A stretch of 64,000 nt of DNA from the human T2T-CHM13v2.0 reference genome, Homo sapiens: assembly GCF_009914755.1 (NCBI RefSeq), contig NC_060926.1. The stretch is one strand, 5' to 3'. A program made the translations under genes and the position numbers. This document shows, in pieces, positions 16,757-28,865 of this stretch (the stretch's first letter is position 1; each line of letters starts with the position of its first letter). Under the pieces are notes generated by a model, which was not told where the DNA came from, did not search any database, and saw only the letters and a list, made by a program, of their open reading frames with translations.

Positions 16757-16896
16757 GAGTAAAGGAGCCAGAAGTAGTCCGAGAGTCCATTAGTAAAAAT
16801 AATGGAGCTAAGGTTCAAACCTGGCCCTTCTAAATGTAAAAGGCCTTTTGCACCAATCAGCACTGTCCCTTATGCTTCTACTTCATCCCCTGGTGT

Positions 16897-17010
16897 GCAC
16901 TCACAAACACAAACACACACATACACTAACACACACAGACACATACAAACATATATATTCTAGTACACACATACACATCTACACACAAGTACACACACAT
17001 ACATACACAG
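16897..17010. repeat. Degenerate (CA)n microsatellite
   Basis: Interrupted CA/TA run. Confidence 0.85.
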
Positions 17011-17349
17011 ATATAACCTAGGTAAAGTGAAGCCTACAGGGTGCTAGGAAGCTGGGTGGGAGCGAGTGTGGGCCTGGAGTGCAGGGTAGGGGAGGTGGAG
17101 GTGCAAAGCTGGATGAGGCTCTGTTCTGGGGACTCTCACTGTTCTCCTAACCAGTCCCAACTCCTGATAAAGGAGGACAGAGAACATGGTGGCTTTGTGT
17201 CAGTGACGATGGGACTGGCAAGGGGGGGACAGCAGTCCAGCCTGGCAGTGTCAGGATGACCAGGGATGATGGGATCTGCTTCCTTGCCATCTGCCCTTTG
17301 GCATGGCCTTTTGCTATGGACTCAGAGGTGCCAGAGAGGAATGGTGGAA

Positions 17350-17560
17350 ACAATCAAGAGTTTTGGGAGTGTTCAGTCTCATCTCACTGCTAGATCTCTG
17401 GCTCCAGCAAGCAGCTTCAGCTCAAGTTCTCAGGGCCTCTGTTTCCTAATCTGTTAAATACAGTTGTTTTCATTACACGAGAGGATATTATAAAGAACCT
17501 GATGGCATCAATCACAGTGTAGAAATGTGACAAATAGTGGCTATTTTATTATTATTGCTA
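17350..17560 (+). mobile_element. MIR SINE
   Basis: gggcctctgtttcctaatctgttaaat ... aaatagtggctattttattatt. Confidence 0.7.
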
Positions 17561-18042
17561 TAAGCTTAAATGATATAATCACATTATATCTAAGATGATT
17601 TTGATACAAATGCTGTGAACTCATCGAGACGGTTGACTCAGAACCTTTATGAGTTAATGCATTTACACATCTATCAATTAGTCTTTATTAGATATTGCTT
17701 GTTTGCATTTCTTAACTTAACTTGATTCCTTTGGGTGTTAAATTTCTACTCCTAAGAAAACCTGTATTTCATATTACAAGTTAACAGTATATAATCTATT
17801 TCCAAATTTCTGGGTTATTAGATAAAGCCTCACATCTGACTGACCAAATTAAATATACCCCTGTGGTTTTCCCTGGAGTTATAATGTCTCATGTTAGCAG
17901 TCTTTTAAATATGTTTAAATTAATCTGACTCTGTGCCTATAAAATTGACTTCAATTAAATCTTTTATGAGCTTTCATAACTCTAACTCACATCTTATAAA
18001 TATTTGTAAGTATCTGATTATATGAAGTTTTGTGTAATATAT

Positions 18043-18081
18043 GTGCACGCGTGCACACGCACACACACACACACACACACA
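18043..18081. repeat. (CA)n microsatellite
   Basis: gtgcacgcgtgcacacgc followed by (ac)n. Confidence 0.9.
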
Positions 18082-18814
18082 TTCTCATACAAGTGTGCAC
18101 ATTCATCATTGTCCTTGCTCCATCTACTTATCCTGCAGTGTTATCCACTAATCAAATAGATTTGTTTGGCATCAATTGTCCAACTCAGTCCACTATTTCT
18201 GTTCTCCTTTCTGTTGTTCAAGTAGGAAAAAAAGTCGTTTTCTTGCATTACTTTTCAAGAGCCACATTTAGACTTTTTGGATGTCAATTGCCGTATGCGA
18301 TTTGCTCAGGTTGACGCAAAAAAAAAAAAGTGATGAACTTTTAAAGACATTTCCCACAGGACATTTGTTTTCTTTGACACTGTTTTGCTGCTAGATGCTG
18401 GGTGTTTTTGTTTCTCAATGTTATGATCGTTGCTGGTTTTATTAATTAGTTGATGGTTAGGAATTTATTTTGAACAAATATTGCCAAGCTTACAGCATAC
18501 CATTCTTTCAGGTTATTTTTATAGATTATCATCTTATCTCATTGTTACTAAGCAATTAAGAAGTCCACTAAAAATAAGCCTTTAGCAAAGATTTAAGAGT
18601 CATCAATATGTAATGGGATTATTGCTTTCCGAAAGTATCAATGGATTGCTTTTTATACATTTGCTCCCTCATTTCTGCTGAAGCACATTTGTTATGACTT
18701 TGGAATTATCCTTAAAAACACTCTCCTTTACCATCTGTATATTTGCAAGTACTTCGGTGGAAGGCAGAAAGAAGTTACTATCATTATTATTTATTATTAT
18801 TTTATTGAAGGAAG

Positions 18815-18960
18815 TTTGAAGTCAGACATGTTTGCATTTCATCCTGGCTTCGTCACTTGTGAACTGGGTGGGCTTGGCAAGCTACTCAACATCTGTGAGC
18901 CTTCGATCTATTGCCTGTAAGATAGAGTGAATAATACCTCCTCCATCCAGTGCCTGGTCT
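18815..18960 (+). mobile_element. MIR SINE
   Basis: tttgaagtcagac...ttggcaagctactcaacatctgtgagcct...tgtaagatagagtgaataatacc. Confidence 0.75.
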
Positions 18961-19329
18961 GCTGAATGTGCCTGCAGGAAAACACACAAAGGTGCTGGCC
19001 AGTCAGACTTCATGAGTGATCTCAACTGTCCAATTGTTTCATCCCAACAGGCACACTTCAGTATTACAAGAATTTGCTCCTCCTCTTTCTGAAATTGTTC
19101 CTCAACATTTTCCTTTGCTGGCCAATTCCTACTCTTCACTGGAGACCTTGCATCATGCTTCAACGGGAAAAGAAAATTCCCCATTGGAAAGCTCTGTCTT
19201 ACCTCTGCTCAATTTCCCACCATGCCTGCCTGTGTACATGGGCCGTGTCTCCTGTTGGCATGGGTGACCTATGCCATGGGTAGCAACCCCACCTGGTATC
19301 TGGCTTGGGCTTTTCTTCCACACTTGAGG

Positions 19330-20300
19330 ACTTTGCTCCTGCAGTTTCTTCTCTCTTCCGCATCTTTCATTTCTTCTCTGTGGATCATTTCTATTAATGT
19401 AAAAATAAGCTCCGGGGTGATCTAGTTGTGAATGAACCCTTCAGAGATCTAATATATACCTCAATCTATTGCTTTATGTCTCTGTTTTTCTTTTCAACAC
19501 ATCTTCCCAAAGGAATTGTAATGCCCACCGCTCTCTTTCTCATTTACATCCTCTCTTCTCTGTGTCACTCTGCTGATCACCTGACTACTCTACTCTGACT
19601 GCTGGGCCAGGAATGCCCTTAATTTATTTTGGCAAATCAGTGCCATTTTTGGCCCTTATCTTGCATGACTTCTCGGCAGCATTGGACACAGTTAACTATT
19701 CCTGTGCAACACTCTATTTTCTTGCCTTTTGTGGCCCTATGCTCTCTGAGTTTTCTTTATATCATGCCAGACTTTCTCCATTCTTTGCTTATTGAAGGTA
19801 GGACTACCTTCTCCTCAATCCCTGCCTCTGACTTCCCTTTCTAGGCCAGACCTCTGAATACCAGAATACCTGAGGGCATTGGGAATGATGTGGGATTATC
19901 TTTGATTCCTCTCTTTTTCTTTTCACCACATCCAATCCATCACTGAATGCTGTAAGTGCTCTATGGAATATCTGGCATCTGTTTACTTCTTCAATCCATG
20001 TCAAATCACCATTGTCTCCCAGCGGATGACTCCAAAATAGATCTTTAATTCTATTTTGCTTCCTTGAAGCTGATTCTCCACATAGCAGCCAAAATGGTCT
20101 TTTAAAAACACAAGACATAGTATGTTATTCCATTACACAAAACCCTTGTACAGCTTTCTGTTGCCCTTGGAGTATCATCTGTTCTCCTTAACATGACCTA
20201 GATATGTCTGAGTTCTCCCTTTATCTTGTACCCCACAATCTTCACCCACCAAATTCCCAAACTCACCAAACTCATTAAGTTTTGACCTTTGCATCATTGC
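19330..20300 (+). mobile_element. LINE-2 (L2) ORF2/3' fragment
   Basis: ORF 19613-19795 contains LILHDFSAALDTVNY, a decayed form of the L2/CR1 RT motif LLDLSAAFDTVDH. Downstream cacatccaatccatcac and ctccacatagcagcc are L2 hallmarks. Confidence 0.8.
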
Positions 20301-20541
20301 TTACCCACAGATTTGGGGCTCAAGATAGTAGCTATGTTATTATTAATTACTTTCTCTTTTAAAAAGTTCTCTTTCAGATTCCTTTTGGAAACATAGTTTT
20401 GGGTTGTATTTTTGGGTAATGATGGGAAATTGGCACTCAGTTTGTCTCAAGCCAAGAGTCATTTTGTTGCAAGCTTTTTGGTATTGTGACATCTAAGCCT
20501 AGAAGGCATGAGCTATGTAGTGGAGTAGAAAAAAAGGAGTC

Positions 20542-20612
20542 AAACCTGCACGTTGTGCACATGTACCCTAGAACTTAAAGTATAATAAATATATATATAT
20601 ATATATATATAT
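20542..20612 (+). mobile_element. Ultra-truncated L1PA (PA3-5-like) 3' end with an (AT)n tail
   Basis: aaacctgcacgttgtgcacatgtaccctagaacttaaagtataataaa. Perfect 14-bp TSD gaaaaaaaggagtc (20528-20541, 20613-20626). Confidence 0.93.
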
Positions 20613-21545
20613 GAAAAAAAGGAGTCTAAGAATAATACAATGAGAAGAGGATGCTGAAAGCAGAATCTGAAGGTAATTCAACAAGGTCCTTCTGCTAAGG
20701 CAGAGATTTTACAGATAAATTCTCAATAGGTAGGAAACTATTCTATTCTAGGTATTGCAGAGACTGATACAAAAGGCTTTCTAGCTTTTTTAAGGTATAA
20801 AAGGAAAACAGTATGAAGTTTTATATAAGTTTATTCCAAATTTAATTCTAAATTAAGTGTTTTTAATACTTTTTATGATCTTGCAAGTAAAATACATATT
20901 TATAATCATTTTCTTAACATTTTAAACACAATTAGATCTTATAATTTCTGCAACTTATATTTTTCACTTAAAACATATCATGGATAGCTTTCCAGGTTGC
21001 TTTTTAAAGATACAACTCATTATTTTCATGGCTGCAGGACATTTAGTAAGATGGATGTACCATAATTCATTCACAATTTTTCTATTCATGTGGGTATTTA
21101 AATTATTTCCAGTTTTTTTGCTATTACAAACAGTGTTTTGCAATAAATATATTAAGATACATGCCTCCTTTGGGCATTGAAATTTTTATTTCTATAGAAT
21201 CAGTTCCTAAAAGGAAGATTGTTGAGTTGTTGGTTTTAAAGTTATTCACCTATAACATGCTTGCCATTTTGATCTATGAAAACTGTATCTTGTTTTAATT
21301 TACATGTTTGCAATTACAAGTGCGGTTTAGCATTTGTTCATTCAACAAATATTTACCGAACACCTACTATGTGCTAGAGCAGGCCTGTATTGGCTTGTGA
21401 TGGCTGACTGGGAATAGCTCTTTCCAGCTCCATGTTCACTGAGGTTAATTTGGTTGTTAGAAACCTGCCAAGGTGAGAGACCTTAAACCTAGAAGATGAT
21501 AATATTTTATAATAAAAGAAAAAATAGAGCAAGGTAAGGAGGATT

Positions 21546-21700
21546 GTGAGTGTGTGTATATGTGTGTATTTTTGTATATGTGCCTGTGTGTGTGGTGTGT
21601 ATCTGTGGTATGGTGTATGTGTGTGTGTGGTATGTGTGTATGGTGTGTGTATGTTGTGTGTGCATATCTGTGTGGTGTGTGTGGTGCATGTGTGGTGGTG
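21546..21700. repeat. Degenerate (TG)n repeat
   Basis: TG/TGG/TATG units over about 155 bp. Confidence 0.9.
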
Positions 21701-22004
21701 GGGGTATTCAATTTTACATGAAGTGGTCAGAGGTGGGCCTCTTGAGAAGACATTTGAGCAGGTTTGAAGGAAGTGAGGGAATATAGAAATCTTGAAGAGA
21801 AGCATTCAAGGTGAAGGAGGCATCACTGCAAAGCCCCGATTAGGAGCATACCTGTGTTTCTCAGAAGCAGCACAGCAGGCACTATGGCTGGAAAGGAAGG
21901 AGCAAGAGGGAGATTAGCAGGGGGAAAGTTCAAGAGATAATGGGGCCTGCAGGTATGGTGAGGTCTTTGCTTTCCCCTCTGAGTGAAATGAAAGCCATTG
22001 CTGG

Positions 22005-22349
22005 TGTTATGGACTGAAGGTATCCCTCTAAAATCCATAGATTGAAATTTTAACTCTCATTGTAGTGGTATTGGGAGGTAAGACCTTTGGGAGGTGATTA
22101 GGTCATGGGAGCTGAACCTTCATGAATGGGATTTGTGCCCTCTGAAAGGAACCCCAGAGAGCTCTCTAGCCTTTGCGAAGTTCAGCAATCTGCTACCTGG
22201 GAGAGAGCCCTCACTAGACTCCAACCATGCTGGGACTTTGATCTTGGACTTGTTAGCTTCCAAAACTGTGAAGAATACATTTCTGTTGTTTATGAGCCAC
22301 CCCGACCTGGGCTATAGCCAGTGAACTAGTTCCCAAATGAACTAAAACA
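22005..22349 (+). mobile_element. MaLR solo LTR (MLT1A0-like)
   Basis: tgttatggactgaa...ctttgggaggtgattaggtcatg...tacatttctgttgtttatgagccacc...actaaaaca. Confidence 0.88.
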
Positions 22350-22710
22350 GCCAAGTTTTGAGCAGAGGAGTGACCTGACCTCATTTATGAAGAGCATGCA
22401 TTCTTAAGTTTATGAGTGTTTTGAGTTTCTGCTTTTGAGCATTGCCTGCTTATATCCTTTACAGATATATCAGTTGGATCAGTTTAATTTTGCTTATCAG
22501 TTTGCAAGAACTCTTTACATGTTACATATAGTTACTGTTTGCTCATCATATGTTCCAGCAAATACTTCTCTTAGGCTGTAGTTTGTCTTTTGATTTTGTT
22601 CAGTTTCTTATGCTTTACTTTTATACAGTTAAGTAACAAATGTGTAAGTCATTTCCTTTCTGTTACCTGAGTTGATGATCTATTGAAAAAGATCTCTTGA
22701 TTCCATTTTA

Positions 22711-23039
22711 ATGTGGATGAAGCTGGAAGCCATTGTCCTTAGCAAACTAACACAGGAATAGAAAACCAAATACCACATGTTCTCACTTATAAATAGGAGC
22801 AAAATGATGAGAACACATGGACACATAGAGGGGAACAACACACAATGGGGCCTATAAGAGGGCAGAGGGTGGGAGGAGGGAGAGAATTGAGAAAAATAAC
22901 TAATGGTAATAGGCTTAATACCTGGATGACAAAAGAATCTGTATAGCAAACCCTCATGACACAAGTTTACCTGTAAAACAAACTGGCACATGTACCCCTG
23001 AACTTAAAATAAAAGTTAAAACAAACAAAAACAAACAAA
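22711..23039 (+). mobile_element. L1PA (PA13-16-like) 3' end
   Basis: atgtggatgaagctggaagccatt...cacatgtacccctgaacttaaaataaaagtt plus an (AAAC)n tail. Confidence 0.9.
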
Positions 23040-23185
23040 GCCTCTTTACACTGAGCTTATAAAACTCTTCTCCTTTTAATATGGTTAGCGTTAATATTTT
23101 TGTTTTTGTTTCTTACAATAAGGTTTTAAAACTATCTGTAATTTATTTTTGTGGCATAACAATATTCACTTAAATTTCTTTTAGT

Positions 23186-23352
23186 TAGGGGTTGGTAAAC
23201 TATGGCCCATTTGCCAATTCTAGTCTGCTGCTCATTTTTCTAAAAAATGTTTTATTGGAACACAATTATGCCCAATTGTTTACATATCATCCTTGGCTCT
23301 TTTCTTCTCATAATATTTACTGTCTGTATGTTTATAGGAAAAGGTTTGCTTT
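23186..23352 (+). mobile_element. MER58A-like hAT MITE, internally deleted
   Basis: aggggttggtaaactatggccc...gttttattggaacaca...aatatttactgtctg...aaaggtttgc. Confidence 0.75.
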
Positions 23353-24526
23353 AGCTTATGCATAGACAATTATTTTAATGTCACTATTAAAAACAATAAT
23401 TTCTTAATAGTTTAAATATCACATTTACATAGATTAATTTCCAATCATGCATATTGTTTTGTACCACTACTATTTGTTTTGTTCTCTCATCTGTTTATTC
23501 CTGTGTCAATACTGCTCTTATAATACCTTTGTGTACATTTAAAACCTTGAAAAGCAAATTACTTTTCATTATTTACTTTCAAATTTTTTCTAGGAATTTC
23601 CCATGCATTTATTTTTTACATAAAGTTTAGAAAAAAAATTTCCACTTTAAAAAACTGAGATCCTGATTACTGTTATAGTAAGATGACATATCGGTTTAAA
23701 TAAAATTGGAAATATTGTGATATTAAAAGTCTTCCAATCCAGAAACATGCTATGTCTTTCTATTTATTCATGTTTTAGTTTATGTCCTTTTATAACTTTT
23801 TATAGCTCTTTTCATGTAGGCCTACTAATTTTAAGTTAAATTTAATCTATGATATTTTGTAGTTTTTACTACTTTTTAAAATGAGATTTTCCTTTTGCAT
23901 ACCTATTTCTAACATGAAATTGTTAGCATTAAAATCTAGCTAGTCAACTTGGATTCAGCCACTTTACCAAATTGCTTTATTATTTTAAGCACGTTTTTAG
24001 TAGTCTTTTATATTTTTTAGGCAAGCCATCAAATGGAGATATTTTTGGTTTTTGACTATGGGAATAGTTACTGTTCCTGTTTTTTAATCATGATGACTTT
24101 CATATTTCATCTTTGTTACTATGTTTTTACTTGGATATTGTTAATTATACTTTTCCATGTTTAGACTGTTTCTTCTATTCCCATGTCACTATGAATTTTA
24201 ATTAGGAATGTCTTCTAAATTTTATTCAATACGATTTTAGCACATGTTGATATAATCACGTATTTTTTGCTTTTTTCTCTTTAATTTGTTTATATAATAA
24301 ATTATATTGAGAAATTTACTTAATGCTGAACCAGTAGCCATGGAGTATACTTTACTTAGTTAAAAATGTGACATTCTAAAATATGATGCTGTATTATTTT
24401 GAATATAATTTATTAGGAATTTTTATATCTATCTTGAAAAAGAAACTGGCTATAGCTTTCTGTGATAGCTTTATCAAGTTTTGATATCTTGGTCTATGTC
24501 TTGAGAGAATTTAAATAAAGGATAAT

Positions 24527-24842
24527 TGCTCTGAACAAAATTGTGTATTTACAAAATTTGTGTGCTGAGGCCCTAAACTTCAATGTGATTGTATTTGGAG
24601 ATAGGACCTACAAGAAGGTGATTAGGTTTAAATTAGGTTATAAAGGTGGGTCCCTGATCCCATAGGATTAGTGTTTAGTGAGTTTCCTAGTAAGAGACAT
24701 CTGACCTCCCTTCCTTCTCCACCCCTAGCTCAGTCACCATGGAATGACCTCCCGAGCAAACAGTGAAAAGGTGGCCATCTGCAAGCCGTGGGAAGGGCCC
24801 TTGCTGGAAACAGAATCTGCCAGAGCCTTAATCTTGAACTTT
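24527..24842 (+). mobile_element. MLT1A-type LTR, 3'-truncated
   Basis: caatgtgattgtatttggagatagg...gtggccatctgcaagcc...ccttaatcttgaactt, then an abrupt junction. Confidence 0.8.
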
Positions 24843-25233
24843 GTTTTAGTAGCACCCCACTCTTGGTACCAATTTACTGTACTAGACCATTTTCACACAG
24901 CTGATAAAGGCATACCTGAGACTGAGCAATTTACAAAAGAAGGATGTTTAATTGGACTTACAGTTCCATGTAGCTGGGGAAGCCTCACAATCATGGTAGA
25001 AGGCAAGGAGGAGCAAGTCACGTCTTACGTTGTGGCAGCAGACAAAAAGAGAGAGCTTTACAGAAAAAACTCCTGTTTTTAAAACTGTCAGATCTCATGA
25101 GACTTATTCACTGTCACGAGAACAGCACAGGAAAAATTTGCCCCCATGATTCAATTACTTCCCACCATGTCCCTCCCACAACATGTGGGAATTCAAGATG
25201 AGATTTGGGTCGGGCCACAGCCAAACCATATTA
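24843..25233 (-). mobile_element. THE1 (B/C-like) 5' LTR plus ~35 bp of internal start
   Basis: LTR spans 24878-25233 (tgtactagacc...cagccaaaccatatta). It is preceded by gcaccccactcttggtaccaatttac, the start of THE1-int. Confidence 0.9.
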
Positions 25234-25237
25234 CGGG

Positions 25238-25335
25238 TCTTCTTTTTCTTCTTCTTCTTATTCCTCTTCCTCTTCCCCTTCTCCTTTCTTTCCTCCTCCT
25301 CCCCACCCACTTCTCCTTCTGCTTCTTTCTCTTTT
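25238..25335. repeat. CT-rich low-complexity tract
   Basis: Polypyrimidine TCT/TCC units. Confidence 0.8.
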
Positions 25336-25389
25336 GTGAAATACTATCCTGCCATAATTGACTGGTCTATCATGCTCTTACTGGTTAAT

Positions 25390-25562
25390 TAGCCTGCCCA
25401 GTTACCACCTATAAGCTGTGTGACCTTGAGTCTAATATTGAGCCCTTCTCAGCTTCAGTGTCTTTATCTCTGTTTTCTGTTGTTACAAGGAATGGTGGTA
25501 ATATTTGCCAAGTGACTAGCAAGGTTTATAAAGGGGTCATTGATATTGTCATTATTATTATT
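25390..25562 (+). mobile_element. MIR SINE
   Basis: aagctgtgtgaccttgag...tctcagcttcagtgtctttatct. Confidence 0.65.
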
Positions 25563-27039
25563 AATTACTTACTCACTGCTTTGGCAGTTTATGTCAGCAA
25601 GGCTGTCTGTAATTGAGTCAACCATAATAGTAAGGAGATCCATGCTTTTTGACTTTGGAGATGCTGCTCAGTGTTCCAGACTGAGTATGCTGATGTGGGA
25701 GGGGACTGTCTGAGTTCATCCTGGCCATGGGCTCCAGTTCTTTAATCGAAAATAAAAAAAAAAGAGGGGGAAGAGAGAGAGAGAGAGGGAGGGAGAGAGA
25801 GAGACAAAAAACCGCCAGGAAAACTGTCTACAGAGGTCATTTAGAAATACAATGCCACGAACAATATCACAAAACTGGTATTATTTAAATTCTGACTTGG
25901 CCAGTGTTAGACTCGCAGTGTTATTTTAGCAATTTGAACAGGCCCAGGAGTGCAAATATTTGTAATTAAAGGCTTCCAGGAGCAGCCCTGTCAAGTCCTT
26001 GTGTGTATCACATTTGGCACATGTTTCAAAGCCGAGAGCGATATTAAATAGACCATCTGTTGGTTTTCATTAGGTTTCCTCTCATCAACAGCACTATTAA
26101 ATATAACTGAACCCGGTTTTTAAAAATCCCTGACATCTGTGCTTTCAATTGGAATGTTGATCAATATTAATAACAATGCTACTTCCCCTGAATTTATTAT
26201 TAATGAAAAGTTAAATACAGCATAAATATGAATGTTTGCCCTACAACACTTTTAATACTACTTATCCAAACAAAGCCGGAGAAAGCACCTCTCTTATGAG
26301 TAGAAATGTAGAAAATGCTTGGATACAGGTGTTCCACTGAATTCCATGTGTGGCCAGCATACCTGCAGCTTCTGGACATGCCAATTTCTCTCCAGCAAAC
26401 CCTTATTTGCAAACTTCACCTGGCAAACTCTTACTATCCTTCAACAACCAGCTGAGGCATGACCTCCCCTCAGAAGCCTTCCTCATTATAAACAGCATTG
26501 ACTTGTTCTTTCCTTTCTCCTCCTCCAGTTTTTCTATATGTCTCTTTTATCAAATTTCACTTTCTTTCCAGGAAGAGTGAAATCATGCCTTATAGCTTAA
26601 CATTAAACCTTTTGCATGGTAGGCACTCAGTTGACATTTTAAAAAAAATAAGTAAAAGAATGGATGAAGTAGAATTCTACTAGAAAGAGGAAAGAAAACT
26701 TGGTTGGATCCAATATTTGGTGAAGACTTGTATTTTTTCCCAGCACACAAACAAGGAACATGACAAAGCTAGAAGGATTTATAGATGATCCCAGATATTA
26801 GCTCTCAACTTAAGAATGTAACTTCTTTCTTGTTTCTTTTCTTCCCTTCTTGCCCTACCACCTAGCCCCACATGTGGACTTGGCTACTGTCATATTTTCC
26901 CCCTTTGGGGGGCTCAAAAACACTTTGGGTCAGTGGAGAGAAAATGGGGCTACATGCCTCTGTAGTTTATTAGTCTGTTTGGTTCCAGAAACTTCTCACA
27001 GCATAGCACCTCTCCAAGCTGAGGGTGTGTACTAACATC

Positions 27040-27192
27040 TTTCTCTTATTCACACACATGCTTCTCACCTGAAAAATGATAAATAGTATTGTGGTTACTA
27101 AATGTAATGACATATACAAAGTGCTTAGAAAAGTGTCTGGCACTTCATAGATGCACAATACAATGAGAGTTGCTATTACTTCATTATTATTA
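27040..27192 (+). mobile_element. MIR 3' part
   Basis: acctgaaaaatgataaatagt...aaagtgcttagaaaagtgtctggcac. Confidence 0.75.
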
Positions 27193-28687
27193 AATTACTG
27201 TTTTATTCTTCATGCATTAACACCTACCATGTACACAGAATTTGATGAAGAAGCACTATACAGGTGCAATCCAAAGCCTAGGGAATTTATAATTAATATG
27301 GGGATTTAGGACTTAGGTTCTTGAACATCCCTCTCTTTAATGATGCTCTGTAGTGTATGATGCAGGGTAAGTACATCAGGAGACATATGGTAAGTGTTGG
27401 CAGTTTCACTGGAGGGGAGGACAGCTTATAGCAGTGGCTATGGACGGCCCCATGGATTTAATATATACCCTGGCTTGTTTCAACATTTTTTGTAGAAAAA
27501 GTTGAAAAGGAAGGAAAGGAACATATGCAGATTTCTAAATAAAATTCAGATTGTTTCTCATGGGAGAGCCAAGTGTTTTGTGGGGAGACGGAGGTGGAAA
27601 TAAGGATGCCAGTGAAAGGTGGGGTCAGCTGGGGAGGGCTGAGATGTGCCTTTGACTTTGTCCTGAATGCCTGACCAGTAGAAGTCACTTGTAGCTGAAG
27701 ACTGAGGGAGGAGGCTTTGTATTACCAGCCACGCACAGGAGGTTCTCCTTTGAGCAAGTAACACACTGTTCATAATAAAGTGAGCAAGTAACACAGCTCA
27801 ATATGTTGAATTTAGTAACCGGTGTTAACTGAAAAGTTAGAAACAAAATAGCTTTTAAACATCTTAACATCTTATATTTTAGTTGTTAATACTAGCGTCC
27901 TTTTTGTTTTGGGCTCAAATGTTGATTTTCCATTTATATACTTGCTGACTTAAGTAGTGTCCCTCCAATATTCGATGCGTATTTCAGCAGGATTTAAAAA
28001 TGGTTCCTTGGCTTGTTAAGAAGGCAGCCAAGACTCCCTCCCTTAGGGCAATATAAAATTCTCTGTCCATACTCGGCATTGATCACAGATAATGTTTTTG
28101 TGAACTTTGTACAATGGGTCATGCAATCACAAATACCCTATCGCTTTATAGAAGAAAATACATTACTTGCTAGCTACTGATTCTTTTAATAAGCTACTAA
28201 TTTAAAAGACATTTTTTTGTTCTACATACAGAACATAAAAGTCATTTTAGCATCTCTGATTACAATTTTTGGAGCTATGTTGGTTTGGTTGTGTTCTTTT
28301 ACATCAGTCTGATGAACTTTGAAAACATGTTTTCCACTTAAAACAATAAAATTATATCCTACCTTGACTTTGCATTAATTATTCAGATAATTAGGATAAA
28401 AATATTTTTGAACTCTACTGAATGACTTTCTCTGGGTGATTGCCAAACCTTTCGTTCCTTTGTTTGTATATGGAAATGGGGATTTCCCAAGATCCTAAGC
28501 CGAGTACCTTTGCAAGTCTGGGCTTGTGGACCATGATGGTGGGCTGGGTCTGCTTGAGTCTGTTTACACAGGGTTTTAAGTGCTGCAAAGACAAACGACT
28601 GACTCGATGCTTACAGATTGGCACAAAGTCCACTCCTTGGAGTGGAAATCTTCCAGCTTCTAAGGAGTAATGGGGTACTCTTCAATC

Positions 28688-28865
28688 AATGGATCTTAAT
28701 CAGGTACACACATTAGCCTCTACCTGTATATGGAAGTATTTTGAAAAACGCAGATTTCAGGATTCTAGATCCACATTGTGACTCTAGGTCTGGGGTTGGA
28801 GGACCTGACACCTACTATAAGCGGGTTACAGGCAAGTCTTATATAAACTTTGGGCTGTTAATGAC
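28688..28865. mobile_element. MER5-like hAT MITE
   Basis: acacattag...ttttgaaaaacgcagatttcagg...taggtctggggttgga resembles the MER5A core. Confidence 0.55.

Larger units (their letters stand above)
21335..22390 (-). mobile_element. L2 3' end (split by a TG repeat and MLT1A0)
   Basis: ttcattcaacaaatatttaccgaacacctactatgtgc is the L2 tail; gagaagacatttgagcagg...ttttgagcagaggagtgac follow. Confidence 0.8.
20900..24520 (-). mobile_element. Old L1M (L1ME-like) tract, interrupted by L2, MLT1A0, L1PA and MER58A
   Basis: T-rich antisense L1 signatures (ttttcacttaaaacatatcatgg, gtcttccaatccagaaacatgc, acttaatgctgaaccag). Edges approximate. Confidence 0.7.

Noticed and set aside
19613-19795. Reverse-transcriptase-like motif suggesting an active RT gene
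   Set aside because: It is a decayed L2 fossil, with stops and frameshifts around it.
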